A stretch of DNA of 64,000 nucleotides from Azolla caroliniana (taxonomy: Eukaryota; Plantae; Polypodiophyta). The notes under the pieces were generated by a model. That model was given only the letters and a program-made list of their open reading frames with translations, did not search any database and was not told where the DNA came from. The stretch covers positions 3,968,001-4,032,000 of the forward strand of contig JBHGNT010000017.1 in NCBI GenBank assembly GCA_043228905.1, written 5' to 3'. A program made the position numbers and the translations under genes. Position 1 is the first letter of the stretch. Each line of letters begins with the position of its first letter. Shown here in pieces: positions 13,106-26,766 of the stretch.

Positions 13106-15513
13106 GTGGATCAGAAGAGTAGCTGGCATGAGGAGCTCAACTACGTCGGCTCTTCAGCCGAAATTTTGACGACCGACCCGAACATACTACTGTCCATAGA
13201 GAACCCAGTCGAATCAGAAGTTCTGCTTACGACTGAGGAATCGAGCACATGGCTCCTGGACTTGGGCGCATCGTATCATGCATAGTATGAACCATACGTA
13301 CCATACGTGCATTCGCATTCGCGAATGATTGAACCATTCACGTAAGAAAAACACCCTCAAAGAATGATAAATACCATACTTGGCATTCGACGTGAATATA
13401 CGACACCATATAGTTTGGAGCAGAACAGAATTGTTGAACGCATGAATCAGACGATTCAAGAACGCGTTCTCGCGTTGTTACGCGCGTGCGTGGAGAAAGG
13501 CGGGACCACGGGGGTCTTGGACTAGGGAGTGATGGAGCGTAGGAAGTCGCGCTTCACCGTCTCCGAGGCATCCCAGAAGCACACCGGAAGCAACCGAAGA
13601 GAGAGAGAGAAAGAGAGAGAGAGCGTTTAACACCGACTCACGCACACACACTCACACACACACAGGCCAACCCGACCCACACCCTTAAGTACAGGAAATG
13701 CAGAAAGGGGGAAGCACCTGACACCAACGAAGACGCGAATATACACAGACAGACGCAAACGTATATATATATATATATATATAAGGAAGAATACATTCCC
13801 GGCGTCAAGCCGGACCGGGGTAGGTTACAGTAGTCGTCAGCTGCCAAGCCGCCAGTCGGGGAGCTCACGGGCTCGTCGCGCCGAGCGGGGTCTTGCACAG
13901 GAGATGAGCTGAAGCAAACCCTAAGCGAACACGAAGGGGGAGAAGAAGAAGAAGAAACTAACTCTAAACCTAACGGTATACCCTCTAATGCAAAATGTGC
14001 AACCCTTTCACAAAGGGCGTTCCCTTCCTTTTATAGAACAAGGACAGGGATGCGTTACAATGTGGGATAAACCCCGACTTACATGGGACCGTCTGTCCTG
14101 ACTTGACTACTCTTCGGCGCCATAAAGACGCCCTTGTTATTCACACTAAATGTACATGGGTGCGTACACACGCTGCACTCCGCCGATGTAGCCAATGTTT
14201 CCCGGTTTCCGCCTCTAGCCGAAATTCTTCACGACATCTGCCCCCACCTAACCGCACATCCACCGGTATGTGCCAAGTCCGGTTGAAGGGTGAGAGATTT
14301 CGGCCGGTGAGAAACCGGTCTTCCGTGATCCGCATCCCGGCTCGCTGCCGGTTTGATCCGTCGGCTTCGATTCTTCCTTCGCGCTTACCTCCCCGTAGGC
14401 TCGTTCGACCCGTCGATGGGTCCTCTGCCGCGATCTCCGTAGTACGCGTACTTCCGCTGGCCCTTGTTCGGCCGTATGAACGCCCCGCTCCCGTCGTATG
14501 CCCTTGTCCTCTCGCCGCCACCTTCGTTCTCCATGGTCTTACATCGCCGCGTCGGCTCGAACCACCATGGTCTCCGGAACGGTGTGGAGGATCCCTTTTC
14601 GGTCTTCTCCGCGCTCGCCTTCCCGCTCCGGCACCTCCGTGTGCCACATACCCTCGTCCGTTGTTTGGCACTGCCTGTATCGTACTCCGGTTCATTGCAC
14701 GCCTTGTCGGCCCTTTTTCAGCCAGATCGTGCATCGCCGCTCCCCGCATACTGGTGTCCTTTGCATCCGAGGAACACCCCGTAGTAGCCCGCATGGCCCT
14801 TCCCATCTTCGTGCTGCTGCAACAAGTCTTGAGTTCTTCTGTTTGCCGTCATCCCCTCGCCCCCACCAGCTTGTCATCCCGGCTTGCCGTGTCAGCCTTC
14901 GCTACTTCGACGGAGCTACCGAGATCTACGAAGTGAGTGTGGAGGATCCTCCTCCGGCCTCTCTTGCCATCCCCTGACTCCAACCCTGTGTAGTCCACTA
15001 GGCCCTTGTCACCTCGTTCCCGGCACCTCCCTTGTGCCGTCTTCCGCTTACTTCGTTCGGCCCCACCCGCGCCGAACACCGTCTCGTAGTCACGCTTCGA
15101 TCCAGCCCGCGATGGCCACTTGCGAGACTCTTGTTCTGTCCCAGGTGTGCCTTTCCGGCCTGACACACCTCCCCGTGTTTGCCCCTACCGGCTCCTTCCG
15201 AAACCTCGTGTCGTCGGGTCCCATTCCCTGCCGCCACCGTCAGTATCTTGGTCTTACGTCGACCGCGTTGCCGATTGCCGAAGTCTCCGGATCGGTGTGA
15301 GGGTCCCATAGGACCGGACTCCAATTCTATGCTTGCCGAAATTCGGGTGTCTTTTGTTTGAGTCCCTCCTGGACTCTCCTCGTGTCTTCCGCGTAGTCGG
15401 GTCCCGTTTCCCGCCGCCACCAACCTTCTCTCTCGGTCTCATGTTGCCACATTGGCCGAACTGCCGGAGTCTCTGGTTAAGTGTGGGGATCCCGTAGGAC
15501 CGGACTTCCTTAC

Positions 15514-15988
15514 GCCCTTGCCTTCGTCACCTCGCCGCCACCATCAGTATCTTGGTCTTACGTCAACCACGTTGCCGACTACCGAAGTCTCCAGAACCGG
15601 TGTGAAGGATCCTCCGTAGACCGCCCATCCATAGCCCTTGCCTTCGTCACCTCGCCGCCACCGTCAGTATCTTGGTCTTACGTCGACCACGTTGCCGGCT
15701 GCCGAAGTCTCTAGAACCGGTGTGAAGGATCCTCCGTAGGCCGCCTATCCGTAACCCTTTTGCCTTCGTCACCTCGCCGCCACCGTCAGTATCTTGGTCT
15801 TATGTTGACCGCGTTGCCGACTGCCGAAGTCTCTAGAACCGGTGTGAAGGATCCTCCGTAGGCCGCCCATCCGTAGCCCTTTTGCCTTCGTCACCTCGCC
15901 ACCACCGTCAGTATCTTGGTCTTATGTCGACCGCGTTGCCAATTGCCGAATTCTCTAGAACCGGTGTGAAGGATCCTCCGTGGGCCGC
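15514..15988. repeat. ~120-bp tandem array (about 4 copies, plus degenerate copies at ~15230, ~15410, ~16210) inside G6
   Basis: Unit CCCTTGCCTTCGTCACCTCGCCGCCACC...GTGTGAAGGATCCTCCGTAG starts at 15514, 15634, 15754 and 15876. Confidence 0.92.
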
Positions 15989-16396
15989 CGATTTGTCTTC
16001 CCGACCCTGTCCCGGGTCGTCCTTTTCCGCATGCTGAGAGGGTGTTTTGTTCCGCACCCTCTCCTGTGGTACCGACGTACCGTCTCCTCGGCCTCTTCGT
16101 AGGCCAGCTCTCTTCCTCCCTCCCGGAATGGTCATCCTGGAGTCCGCTCTGCCCGGTTCTCGTCCGGGTCCGTTCGTCCTTCTCCGGATTGCCGGGTCCC
16201 GTTCTCCTGTCGCCACCGTCCTCTCGTATAGGACTTACGCCGGCACTCGGGCCGGCGGCCGGCAGCCGAATCGGTGTAAGGATCTCTGTAGGCCCGGTCT
16301 TCGTTCTCCTTCCAACTCTTGACCTTCGCCCGGTCGGTCTTTCACCCCATGTAAAAGAGGGCGGCTCGTCCCGCACCCTCGCCCATATCGGCACCT

Positions 16397-17821
16397 TTAT
16401 GCCGAATCCGGCCTCGATTGAACGATCCACGACCGGATTCTGCTCCATCCGAATCGGAATGCTGATCTTCTCGTGCCGCTTCCTTCCTCAGCCTCCTCGC
16501 AGGTCGTTTCCCATCCGTCTTCGCTGGCATCGTGCCAGGACTCCTCGGTACCGCCATCCATCTCCTCGGTCTTATATGGGCATACGGGCCCGAATGCTGA
16601 GTTCTCCGAAATCGGGTCCGTGGTCTTTCGTCCGCTCCTTCCCCGTATCATCTCGCCGGTGATTCTTGGCCTTTCGCCGCCGCCTTCCTCCGCTTGGGAC
16701 TCACGTGGGCACTTAGGCCCGACTGCCATCGTCTCGGGAGCAAGTGTGGGAAGACACAAAGAATCGCCCGTCCGTTTTACGCCCTTGTCCGTAGCCACCG
16801 ACTCTTCGTGGTCGGCGGTCATCTTCTTACCGATCGCGCAAGCCCCGTCTGGGCTTGCTTCTCCAATGACGGAGATCTCGGCCTGACACGCCCGAAACCG
16901 CTGGTCCCAACGTTCCGGTTCCGCGATCTGTATCTCGGCCTCGTCCTTGGCCGTTCTTTCTCCGCAAGTCGAGAGGGCGTTTCGTTCCGCACCCTCTCCC
17001 GTGGTACCGTCGTACCGATCTTCCGCCGTCGCGTGGGGCAAGTCCGTCTTCTCAGTCTCGGCTTGCAGCCTCCGTCTTTCCTCTTCCTCGAGCATCGCCT
17101 CGAGAGCTACGTACGCCTCCGCAATCATGGCCCCAATGCTAACCCTTGCCGACTCTCTTTGCCGTTCGGCCTCTTCCCACTGTGATGGCACGCCGTCGCG
17201 TACCGTCCTCTTAGCCTTCTCGGCTCGCTCGTTGTCTAGCCGTTGGCACACCATTCCGACCTTCAACTAGTCCTTTGTAAGCCCGTTCGCTCCATCATCG
17301 TCTTCGAGCTCAATCCCGATGGCTTCCCGTTCCGCTCGGTCGATCGACCTGACGAGCAAAAGGACTTTGTCCGCCCCCACCAAACCTTGTTCCCGCTCCG
17401 GGAGCCGAGCAAGCCGTCGCTCGAACTCTCGGAACGCCCGGTGGGTCTTTGCCGTTGCTACCCACTGGTCGAAGTCGTGCCGTCCCCGGCTCTTCCGCCG
17501 TCCTTCGTATGCCTTCAGGAGCGCCTCTTCGAAGGCCTCCCACGAACTATGAGCCTCACAGAGCTCCTTTATTTCTGCATGCATCCGGACAGCCACGACC
17601 CGACACAAGAAATCCAGCCTTAACGCCTTGTCTGCGCCACGCTCCATTTCCGTGTTGTAGGCTTCCAAGTAAGATGGGACTTTGTCCCCGTCGAAACGGC
17701 CGACTCTTTCGACCACTCGCTCAGCCGCTTGTTGCGCTGCTTCTCGCCTCATCACCACTCGTGCCGACTCCAACACCACTTCGGCCACCATCTCCGCAAG
17801 GTCGTCGTCTTCCGACTCCAT
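16397..17821 (-). pseudogene. G6 gag-like ORF with a long acidic extension and one internal stop
   Basis: VGRFDGDKVPSYLEAYNTEM is homologous to G4 gag IGRFNGKDATSYLVAYRAEM. TAG at 17267-17269 replaces W (LTKD*, versus G4 LTTDW). Confidence 0.8.
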
Positions 17822-17836
17822 CCTCCCTTGCCGCCT

Positions 17837-17854
17837 TTCACGTCGGGTTCACCA
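17837..17854 (-). other. Primer-binding site complementary to the tRNA-Trp 3' end
   Basis: + strand TTCACGTCGGGTTCACCA matches the 3' end of plant cytosolic tRNA-Trp(CCA) as I recall it. A similar site, TTCACACCGGGTTCACCA, is at 36596-36613 in G4. Confidence 0.85.
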
Positions 17855-17988
17855 AAGATGTCGCGTTGTTACGCGCATGCGTGGAGAAAGGCGGGACCAC
17901 GGGGGTCTTGGACTAGGGAGTGATGGAGCGTAGGAAGTCGCGCTTCACCGTCTCCGAGGCATCCCAGAAGCACACCGGAAGCAACCGA

Positions 17989-18040
<52 letters not shown>

Positions 18041-21000
18041 TTTAACACCGACTCACGCACACACACTCACACACACACAGGCCAACCCGACCCACACCCT
18101 TAAGTAGAGGAAATGCAAAAAGGGGGAAGCACCCGACACCAACGAAGACTCGAATATACACAGACAGACGCAAACATATATATATATATATATATATATA
18201 AGGAAGAATACATTCCCGGCGTCGAGCCGGACCGAGGTAGGTTACAGTAGTCGTCAGCTGCCAAGCCGCCGGTCGGGGAGCTCACGGGCTCGTCGCGCTG
18301 AGCGGGGTCTTGCGCAGGAGATGAGCTGAAGCAAACCCTAAGCGAACACGAAGGGGGAGGAGAAGAAGAAGAAACTAACTCTAAACCTAATGGTATACCC
18401 TCTAATGCAAAATGGGCAACCCTTTCACAAAGGGCGTTCCCTTCCTTTTATAGAACAAGGACAGGGATGCGTTACAATGTGGGATAAACCCCGACTTACA
18501 TGGGACCGTCTGTCCCGACTTGACTACTCTTCGGCGCCATAAAGGTGCCCTCGTTATTCACACTAAATGTACATGGGTGCGTACACACGCTGCACCCCGC
18601 CGATGTAGCCAATGTTTCCCGGTTTCCGCCTCTGGCCGAAATTCTTCACAATAGCGTAGTATCCATGCTCCAACACTCCGGACTGTCGGATGGCCTCTGG
18701 GCGGAGGCTCTACTTATGGCAGTACACATAATCAATATGTCGCCAAGTAGACCTCTAGGACTTCAAATACCTCAAGAAATATGGACCGGGAGTAAGCCGA
18801 ATTATGACAAACTCAGGATCTTTGGTTGCGAGGCGTATGCTCTCATACCGAAAGACAACCGCCGGAAACTCGAACCAAGGTCAAGGAAATGTGTTTTTCT
18901 TGGATATGGACCCAACGGCGAGATCGGATACCAACTCTGGGACCCTGAGTACAGACAAATCGTCCGAAGTTCGGACGTAGTGTTCAACGAGTCGGCTATG
19001 CATAAAACAACCGAAAGGCCTATTGAAGTCCGAAGGGTAATATTTTCCGAAGTGCCAACCCTTCATGACGACCCAACCCACTACACGAGATCGGTTTCAC
19101 GGGTAACCGACAACTCTTGCACCGAATCCACCGATTCGGCAGAGCCGAATGGCTCGGCTCCCGACCATCTGACATTGACACCCGATGCGACTAGTCCAGT
19201 CATACCTCGCAGATCCGAGAGACTATTGCAACCTCTAGAGAGGTACTCTCCCGGAATTTTCTTTATCGACGTCGGCGAACCGACGTTTTACGAAGAAGCA
19301 TCGGCGTCTGCCGATTTAGCCACATGGCATCTGGCGATGGAGTCGGAAATGCACTCCATTCAGGCAAACAAGACTTGGGACTTGGTCGAATTACCGAAGA
19401 ATCGACGTGCTCTTCCGTGTAAGTGCGTCTATCGACTAAAAGAGACGTCCGACTCGACCACCCTAAAGTACAAGGCCAGATTAGTTGCAAAGGTATTTCG
19501 ACAAGAATATGGCGTCGACTTCGATGAAATCTCTTCACTAGTGGTGAAAATGAAGACCCTTCGTTTCATGCTCGGCATCGTGGCCGCCGACCACTTGGAG
19601 CTGATTCAACTAGATGTAAAAACGGCATTCCTCCACGGTGACCTACAAGAGGAAATCTATATGAAGTAGTCGAAAGGCTTTGTGGCATCCGGCCAGGAAC
19701 ATCTAGTCTGCCGACTCAAGAAGAGTCTCTACGGCCTGAAATAGGCACCCCGACAATGGTACAAGACGTTCGACGACTTCATCCAATCATTCGGCTTCTC
19801 AAAGAGCGATGAGGACCACTATCTCTTCACCAAAACAGCTCAAGACGGGTCTCCCGTCTTCCTCATCATCTACGTGGACGACATGCTACTCTACGGTTGG
19901 CATGCCGGAGAGCTCGCCAAACTCGTTTGGCAATTGCGGTTGAAGTTTTCCATGAAGGACCTCGGTCCGGCACGAGACATACTCGGTATGAAGATTAGTC
20001 AGCATCGCGATACCCGACAACTTTTCTTGTCTCAAACCGACTACATTGGACGTGTCCTGGAACGCTTCAACATGCACTTGGCCAAGTCTGCTTCAATCCC
20101 GCTCCCCATCAACCTTCGGCTATCTCAGCGAGATTGCCCGACATTCGGTCTGGAGAGGGAAGATATGAAGTCGATACCGTATGCACCGCCAATCGGCTCC
20201 CTTATGTACGCGATGGTCGTGACACGGCCTGATATTTCTCACGCCGTATGAGTCGTCAGCAGATTCATGCACAACCCCAGCCGATCGCACTAGAACGCAG
20301 TCAAGCATGTGTTCAGATATCTAGCTGGCACAAAAGACCACAACATTCTCTTCGGTCCGAACTCAACCTCAGGCGTAGTCGGTTACACCAACTCGGACTT
20401 CGTTGGCTGTGTGGACAATCGGAAATCAACAACCGGATATTGTTTCAAATTCGGCGATGGAGCAATCTCATGGAAGTCAAAACTTCAAGAGTGCATAGCC
20501 ACCTCAACGACCGAAGCGGAATATGTAGCTGCGTCCGACGCGGCAAAAGAAGCTTTATGGCTCGGTCGGTTGGCGCACACGTTTCGACAGGTCGACTCCG
20601 ACTCGGCTCCAGTTGTCTACAGTGACAGTCACGGTGTTGTTGCTTTGTCAAAAACTCCGGTTCACCACAACGCCTCTAAGCATATCGACGTTCAATATCA
20701 CTTCATTGGGGATTGCGTCATTTCAGGGAAAACGGTCTCGAGAAGATATCCACAACCGATAATGTCGCAGATGGAATGACCAAGTGTCTTTCGGCGGATC
20801 GTTTCCGGTCCCTTCGGCACTAGATGGGCGTAACGGAAAATAGGTCTGATTAAAGTCGGACACACAACACAGGATGGTTTTGGACCACCGACATCGGTTC
20901 TCTGAGGATCGGCTTCAGCTCTTCCGACCCGACCGGTTCGGTCCTCTATCTTCGGATATTGCCGACTCTGACAAAACCGATATGTCTGATAAACCTTGTA

Positions 21001-21726
21001 TATATATACCTGTAATTCTCTAGATAACCCATGTATATGCCCATTACGGGGGAGTGTCAAATACGAGTGTATAATGGCCGTATTCACACTATCCCTTTGG
21101 ACAGCCCAAGTTTGTGCTATTTCTGTACATAGCATAAAGGGCAGGTGCCCTAGGATAGTCACTATATAAAGTGACTTTGTAACCTTTAGTAAAGGTTGGT
21201 TGTCATTTGTAACTATTGCTATTGGAATATGTCCTTTACTTTGTGCCTCTCTTTCTCTCTCTCTCCCTATGTGTCTATCTTGCTCGTGCATACACAGGTT
21301 CTTCTTCATCACGAATGTTGCTTGCACTTCCGCATTGACGGCCTTGTCCCCAACTTCTTCATTATCGAATTCAGCTATGTCGTCTCCAAACCGATCCCTT
21401 GATAGCATATCCACTACCGCGTTGTCTTTTCCGGAGATGTGTCGTACATCCGGGTTAAGCAACTTAACATATGCAATCCATCTTAGCATAGCCACATCCG
21501 GTATTGTGCAACACCGCATCATCCCAAGTATCGGAAGACAATCTGTTTCGATCACTACTTCAGCTCCGATCAAATAATCTCGATCCGATATGATTGCCGA
21601 CACGACTCCCCATAATTCTATTTTGACTTGTGCATATCCATGTTGCCTTTCGTTGAAAACCTTTGCTCCGAATTAGATCGGATATCACAAACCATCCGAG
21701 TCGGCTTGATTGATGACCCATCCGAT

Positions 21727-24700
21727 TGAAAGGAATAATCGTTGCCGGCCACAACCGGTTGTACGTGTGCGGAATAATATTCAATCTAATGGAAAGGAAA
21801 AACAGAATACAAAAACTGAGAATGACATAGATTTTAACGTGGAAACCCGAACTGGGGAAAAAACCACGTGGAGTCCACAAACTCCGAAACAGAACACTAT
21901 GAGAGAAATGAATACAATCAAAGATCTTAGAGGCAACGACCTCGAGATCCTGCTTCGCCAACAGGCGGCTATGGAGCTCACACACTTCCACTCACACTCG
22001 TTCACTCTTACAGTTACAGAGGCAACAACCCCGTCTACAGTAACTTTACAATAGCACACTTATCTAACATGATTGCCCTAAGTACTTATGTACTAATGTA
22101 ACCTTTCGACTATTTACAAGTTTAGCCTTCTGTGTTGGCTATCTCCGGGATTTCCGGTTTCGGCCTCAGCCGAGTTTCTCATCAACATGGTTCTTCTCAC
22201 TTCCCATCCGGAGGAACCTATTTCCTAACAAACTCCCCCTTCACTCCGGCATGGGGTGTCTTACTAGTCTGATCCGCTTCCGACATGCATCCAGCTTGTC
22301 GGGTATCAGTACTTTGGTCAGCATATCTGACCCGTTCTCGGTCGTGTGGATCTTCGTCACGCGAACTCTCGATCTTCTACTGTCTCCCGGATCCAGTGAT
22401 ACCTACGTTGGATGTGCTTTGTCCTGGAATGGTACGCTGCGTTCTTAGCAAGGTGGATGGCACTTTGACTGTCGCAATAGAGCCGGTATTCATCTTGCCG
22501 TATACCGAGCTCTCCGATGAAGTCCTTCATCCATAATATTTCCTTGTCGGCTTCAATAGCCGCCATGTACTTCGCCTCCGTGGTTGACAACGCAACCGTC
22601 TTCTGCAGCCTCAACTGCCACGAAACAGCTCCCCCTGCATATGTCATTACATACCCGGATGTAGACCGGTTGGTATCCACATCAGCCGACATATCCGAAT
22701 CGGTAAAACCGTCAAGTTGAGGCTTACCGGAGCCGAATCGAAGACACATATTCAAAGTGCCCTTCAAGTACCGGAGTATCCATTTAACCGCGTTCCAGTG
22801 CTCCTTGCCAGATTGCTCATAAACCGGCTCACCACTCCGACTGCATATCCAATATCCAGTCGAGTACACACCATTGCGTACATTAAGCTCCTGACGGCAG
22901 AGGCATATATGGAACTTTATTATATCTGCCTTCTCTACTTTCGTCTTCGGGCTTTGCTTACCGGATAATCTGCAGTTTGCCGGGAGTGTCGATCCGACTG
23001 GTTTCGCTTCTAACATGTTGAACCGCTGAAGCACCTTTGTCACGTATTTCTCCTGTGACAACCACAATTGCTTCTTTGACCGGTCCCGAATGATGTGCAT
23101 CCCCAGTATCTATCTTGTCGGGCCCAAGTCTTTCATTGAGAAAGTTCGATTGAGAGCCTTCTTCAGCATCCGTATTTTGGCTTGGTCCCGTCCGACGATC
23201 AACATGTCGTCCACGTACAGAAGGAGTATCAGGAAGTCGCCTCCTTCGAACTTCTTCACAAACACGCAATGATCGGTTTGCGTTTTGTGATACCCTTGTC
23301 CGGTCATGAAGGAGTCGAACTTCCGGTACCATTGTCGGGGAGCCTGCTTCAATCCGTACATGCTCTTCTTCAACCGGCAAACCAGGTGCTCCTTCCCTTT
23401 CTCCACGAATCCTTCCGGTTGCTGCATGTAGATCTCCTCTTCGAGGTCACCGTGAAGGAATGTCATCTTCACGTCCAGCTGCTCTACCTCGAGGTCCATG
23501 CTTGCCGCTATACTGAGCACCATCCGAATGGAAGTCATCTTTACTACCGGGGCAAATATCTCGTCGAAGTCCACGCCCTTCTTCAGCTGAAACCCCTTCT
23601 CCACGATCCTGGCTTTGTATCTCGGGGGGTTGCCGGCATCTCCTGGTTTCAACTTGTACACCCACTTGTTTCGGAGTGCCCACTTTCCTTTCGGCAACTC
23701 CACCAACTCGTACATATGGTTCTCATGCAGGGAATCCATCTCATCGTGCATGGCACTTAACCATTTGTGGCTATGGGCATTACTTTTAGCTTCCTCGAAG
23801 CTTTCTGGCTCCCCCTCATCGGTTAGCAACATGTGCTCTGGATCCGGAAATCTCCGGGGGGGGCTTCTCTCTCTAAGAGGATATCTGTGTCCTTGGGCTT
23901 CGGTAACCGGCTCCTCCATATGCTCTTCATCCAAATCCGATTCAGGGTCTTGTCCGATTTCGGTTTCACGTATTCCTTCTTCTTCGGCCGGTTTTGTCTC
24001 CTCACCGTCACCGGCCGGTTCATCCAGTGCTAATCGGCTTCTTACTGGTTGGAACTGCATTTCATCAAATCGAAATTTTTCCTTACCGGTCGACTCGAAG
24101 TTCATTATCTTCTTCTCGGACTCCCAGTCGGAGAGTGTCTTGTCCTCCATGAAGATAATATCTCGACTCCGGAATACTTTCTAGTTGACCGGGTCCCACA
24201 CTCGGTAGCCGAACTCATCGTCGTCGTAACCGAGGAATATGCATGGCCGGGTCTTCGGATCTAACTTTCCTCTCCGGTCCTTAGCTACACGCATGTACGC
24301 AAGACACCCGAATACCTTCAGATGCCGGTAGGACACTTCCTTACCGGTCCAGACTCTCTGCGGCATGTCTCCGTCCAAGGGTACTGAGGGTGATCTGTTT
24401 ATCACATATGTCGTCGTCGATAGTGCCTCAGTCCAAAATGTCTTGGGTAATTTTGCATGCGCCAGCATACTCCGGACCCTCTCCATTATGGTCCGCTTCA
24501 TCCTCTCGGCCAGCCCGTTTAGTTCCGGCGTCTTCGGCATGATAAATTCGAGCCGGATTCCCTTCAAGCGACAGTACTCCTCGAACTGCCCCCGGTATTC
24601 TCCTCCGTTATCTGCTCGAACCGCCTTCAGCTTCCAGCTGGTTTCTCTTTCCACTCTCGCGTGGAGCTCTTTGAAGACGGATAGCACCTAATCCTTCGTC

Positions 24701-26766
24701 TTCAACGGTGTGGTGACTTCGTGTCCACTTGACACACATCAGTATGCACTAACTCCAATGGTGCATTACGTCTCATCGATGGCCTCGATCGGAAGGAGGT
24801 CCGGTTTTGTTTACCGGCCAGACAATCAGTGCACTTCTCCAAGTGCACGTTCTTCACTGGAATGAGGTTGTCGTCTGCAAGCCTCTTCATCCCTTTCTCG
24901 CTCATGTGACACAGTCTCTTATGCCACAGCTCACCGGCAGTGTCGGATGCCACGTTCACTTCCTCCGGACATAACCAGGCATTCATCAGGTACAGAGTAT
25001 TGACTTTCCGGGCCCGAGCCACAATCAGGCTCCCTTTGCTGAACTTCATAACACCGTTCCGGATGCTACCCGTGTAGCCTTCATCATCTAGCCGACCGAC
25101 TGATATTAGGTTCAATCGAACCTCCGGAACATGTCGAACATCCTTCAGCAGCATCTTGCATCCGGTTGATGTCGTCAACCACACATCTCCTATGCCGACA
25201 ATTCGGCATGTACCTTCATTCCCCATCCGAACACGACCATGGTCACCGGCCGAGTAGGATGAGAAGCATTTTCTATCCGTGGTCAGGTGGAACGACGCTC
25301 CGGAATCGACCACCTAGGTCATCTCGTCGCCGGCAAGGTTCAACTCACTCTCCTTGGTGATAAGCATTAGCTCCTCTTCGTTTGCCACGATTGTCGTCGT
25401 TCCTTTTCAGTCCTGCCCTCGCCGATCCGAACCATTTCGGTCCGATGACTTCTTCGAATCGGTACTGTCAATTTCCTTGTCTTTCCGGAAATGCCGACAG
25501 TTCTTCTGGAAGTGCCCCAGCTTCCCACAGTAGAAGCAAGTAGGCCTCCCTCTTGACTTTGACCGTGTCCCCGATTTTTCCCGGTTCTGAGGACTCCGGT
25601 TCCTTTGTCTTCCACGTTCCGATTTGGAAAGGAGCGCTTTTGAGCCGGGGATCGGTTCCTTGTCCTTCCGACGCGCCTCCTCGTTCAGGATGCTTGTTTT
25701 CACCATCTGCAAAGACAAGTTCTCTTCTTGGCAGGAGGTGTTGAGAGTAACCACCAAGTTCTCCCAGCTTTCCGGCAACGTACACATCAGCATGATTGCA
25801 TGCATTGCATCATCCAAGGGGAACTTGATCGTTGCAAGTTGATTTACGTACCCCATGAATGTGCTTACGTGTTCAACCATGCTCTCGCCGTCTCTGTATT
25901 TCAGGTTTACTATTTTCCTCATCAATGAGGTTCTGTTGAGCGCATTCTTCCTCTCATAAAGACCCGACAACTTCTGCCACATCTCATGGGCATTCGTGTC
26001 GTTCGCCACGTGCTGAAGGACACTTACGTCGACACATTGTAGGATAGTGGCCACGGCTTTCCTATTCAGAAGTTTCCAATCCGACTCCAATACCCCCTTT
26101 GGTATTTCTGATTTGTCGATTGGCTCGTACAGGTCTTTTACAATGAGAAGGTCTTCCATCTTAATCTTCCAGTTTGCATAGTTCTGTGAATTTAGAAACA
26201 TCATACCTGGGAAGCCGCTCCCGCCTCCTTCCATTTTCAGTGTTGCTCGCTCTGATACCAATTTGAAAGGAATAATTGTTGCCGGCCACAACCGGTTGTA
26301 CGTGTGTAGAATAATATTCAATCTAATGGAAAGGAAAAACAAAATATAGAAACTGAGAATGACACAGATTTTAACGTGGAAACCCGAACTGGGAAAAAAA
26401 CCACGTGGAGTCCACAAACTCCGAAACAGAACACTATGAGAGAAATGAATACAATCAAAGATCTTAGAGGCAACGACCTCGAGATCCTGCTTCGCCAACA
26501 GGTGGCTATGGAGCTCACACGCTTCCACTCACACTCGTTCACTCTCACAGTTACAGAGGCAACAACCCCGTCTACAGTAACTTTACAATAGCGCACTTAT
26601 CTAAAATGATTGTCGAAGTACTTATATACTAATGTAACCTTTCGACTATTTACAAGTTTAGCCTTCTATGTTGGCTATCTCCGGGATTTCCGTTTTCGGC
26701 CTCGGCCGAGTTTCTCATCAACATGGTTCTTCTCACTTCCCATCCGGAGGGACCTGTTTACTAGCA
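21727..26766 (-). mobile_element. Ty1/copia element F, near full length (LTRs 21727-22230 and 26264-26766), several stops and frameshifts
   Basis: 5-bp TSD CCGAT at 21722-21726 and 26767-26771. PBS at 26249-26260, PPT at 22231-22244. Gag ATG at 26234, CFYCGKLGHFQKNC, DSGAS, INT ADNGGEY, RT LLYVDD. Confidence 0.96.

Larger units (their letters stand above)
13468..18653 (-). mobile_element. Non-autonomous gag-only gypsy element G6 (LTRs 13468-14236 and 17859-18653)
   Basis: Very similar LTR pair. TSD GCGT at 13464-13467 and 18654-18657. PBS at 17837-17854, PPT at 14237-14253. Gag-like ORFs at 17821-16397; no pol motifs seen. Confidence 0.93.
10701..21354 (+). mobile_element. Ty1/copia element E (LTRs 10701-10997 and 21055-21354), inserted in G3 pol
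   Basis: Near-identical LTR pair. PBS TGGTATCAGAGC at 11000-11011. PPT GGGGGAG at 21048-21054. INT/RT/RH fragments at 18658-20820. The right junction is eroded and no TSD is visible. Confidence 0.92.

Noticed and set aside
14103-15423. Multiple long overlapping ORFs on both strands
   Set aside because: GC-rich TE interior with few stops. No recognisable domains, and some ORFs cross the LTR boundary.
15514-15988. Regular repeats as a possible CRISPR array or coding repeat
   Set aside because: The units are contiguous with no unique spacers, there are no cas genes, and the context is eukaryotic. The unit I translated has stops in all three element-strand frames.
20698-21603. 301-aa ORF as a novel gene
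   Set aside because: Chimeric read-through from G3 RNase H into the antisense strand of the copia E LTR.
25407-26528. N-terminally extended Gag
   Set aside because: The extension lies within the LTR and PBS. The plausible start is the ATG at 26234.
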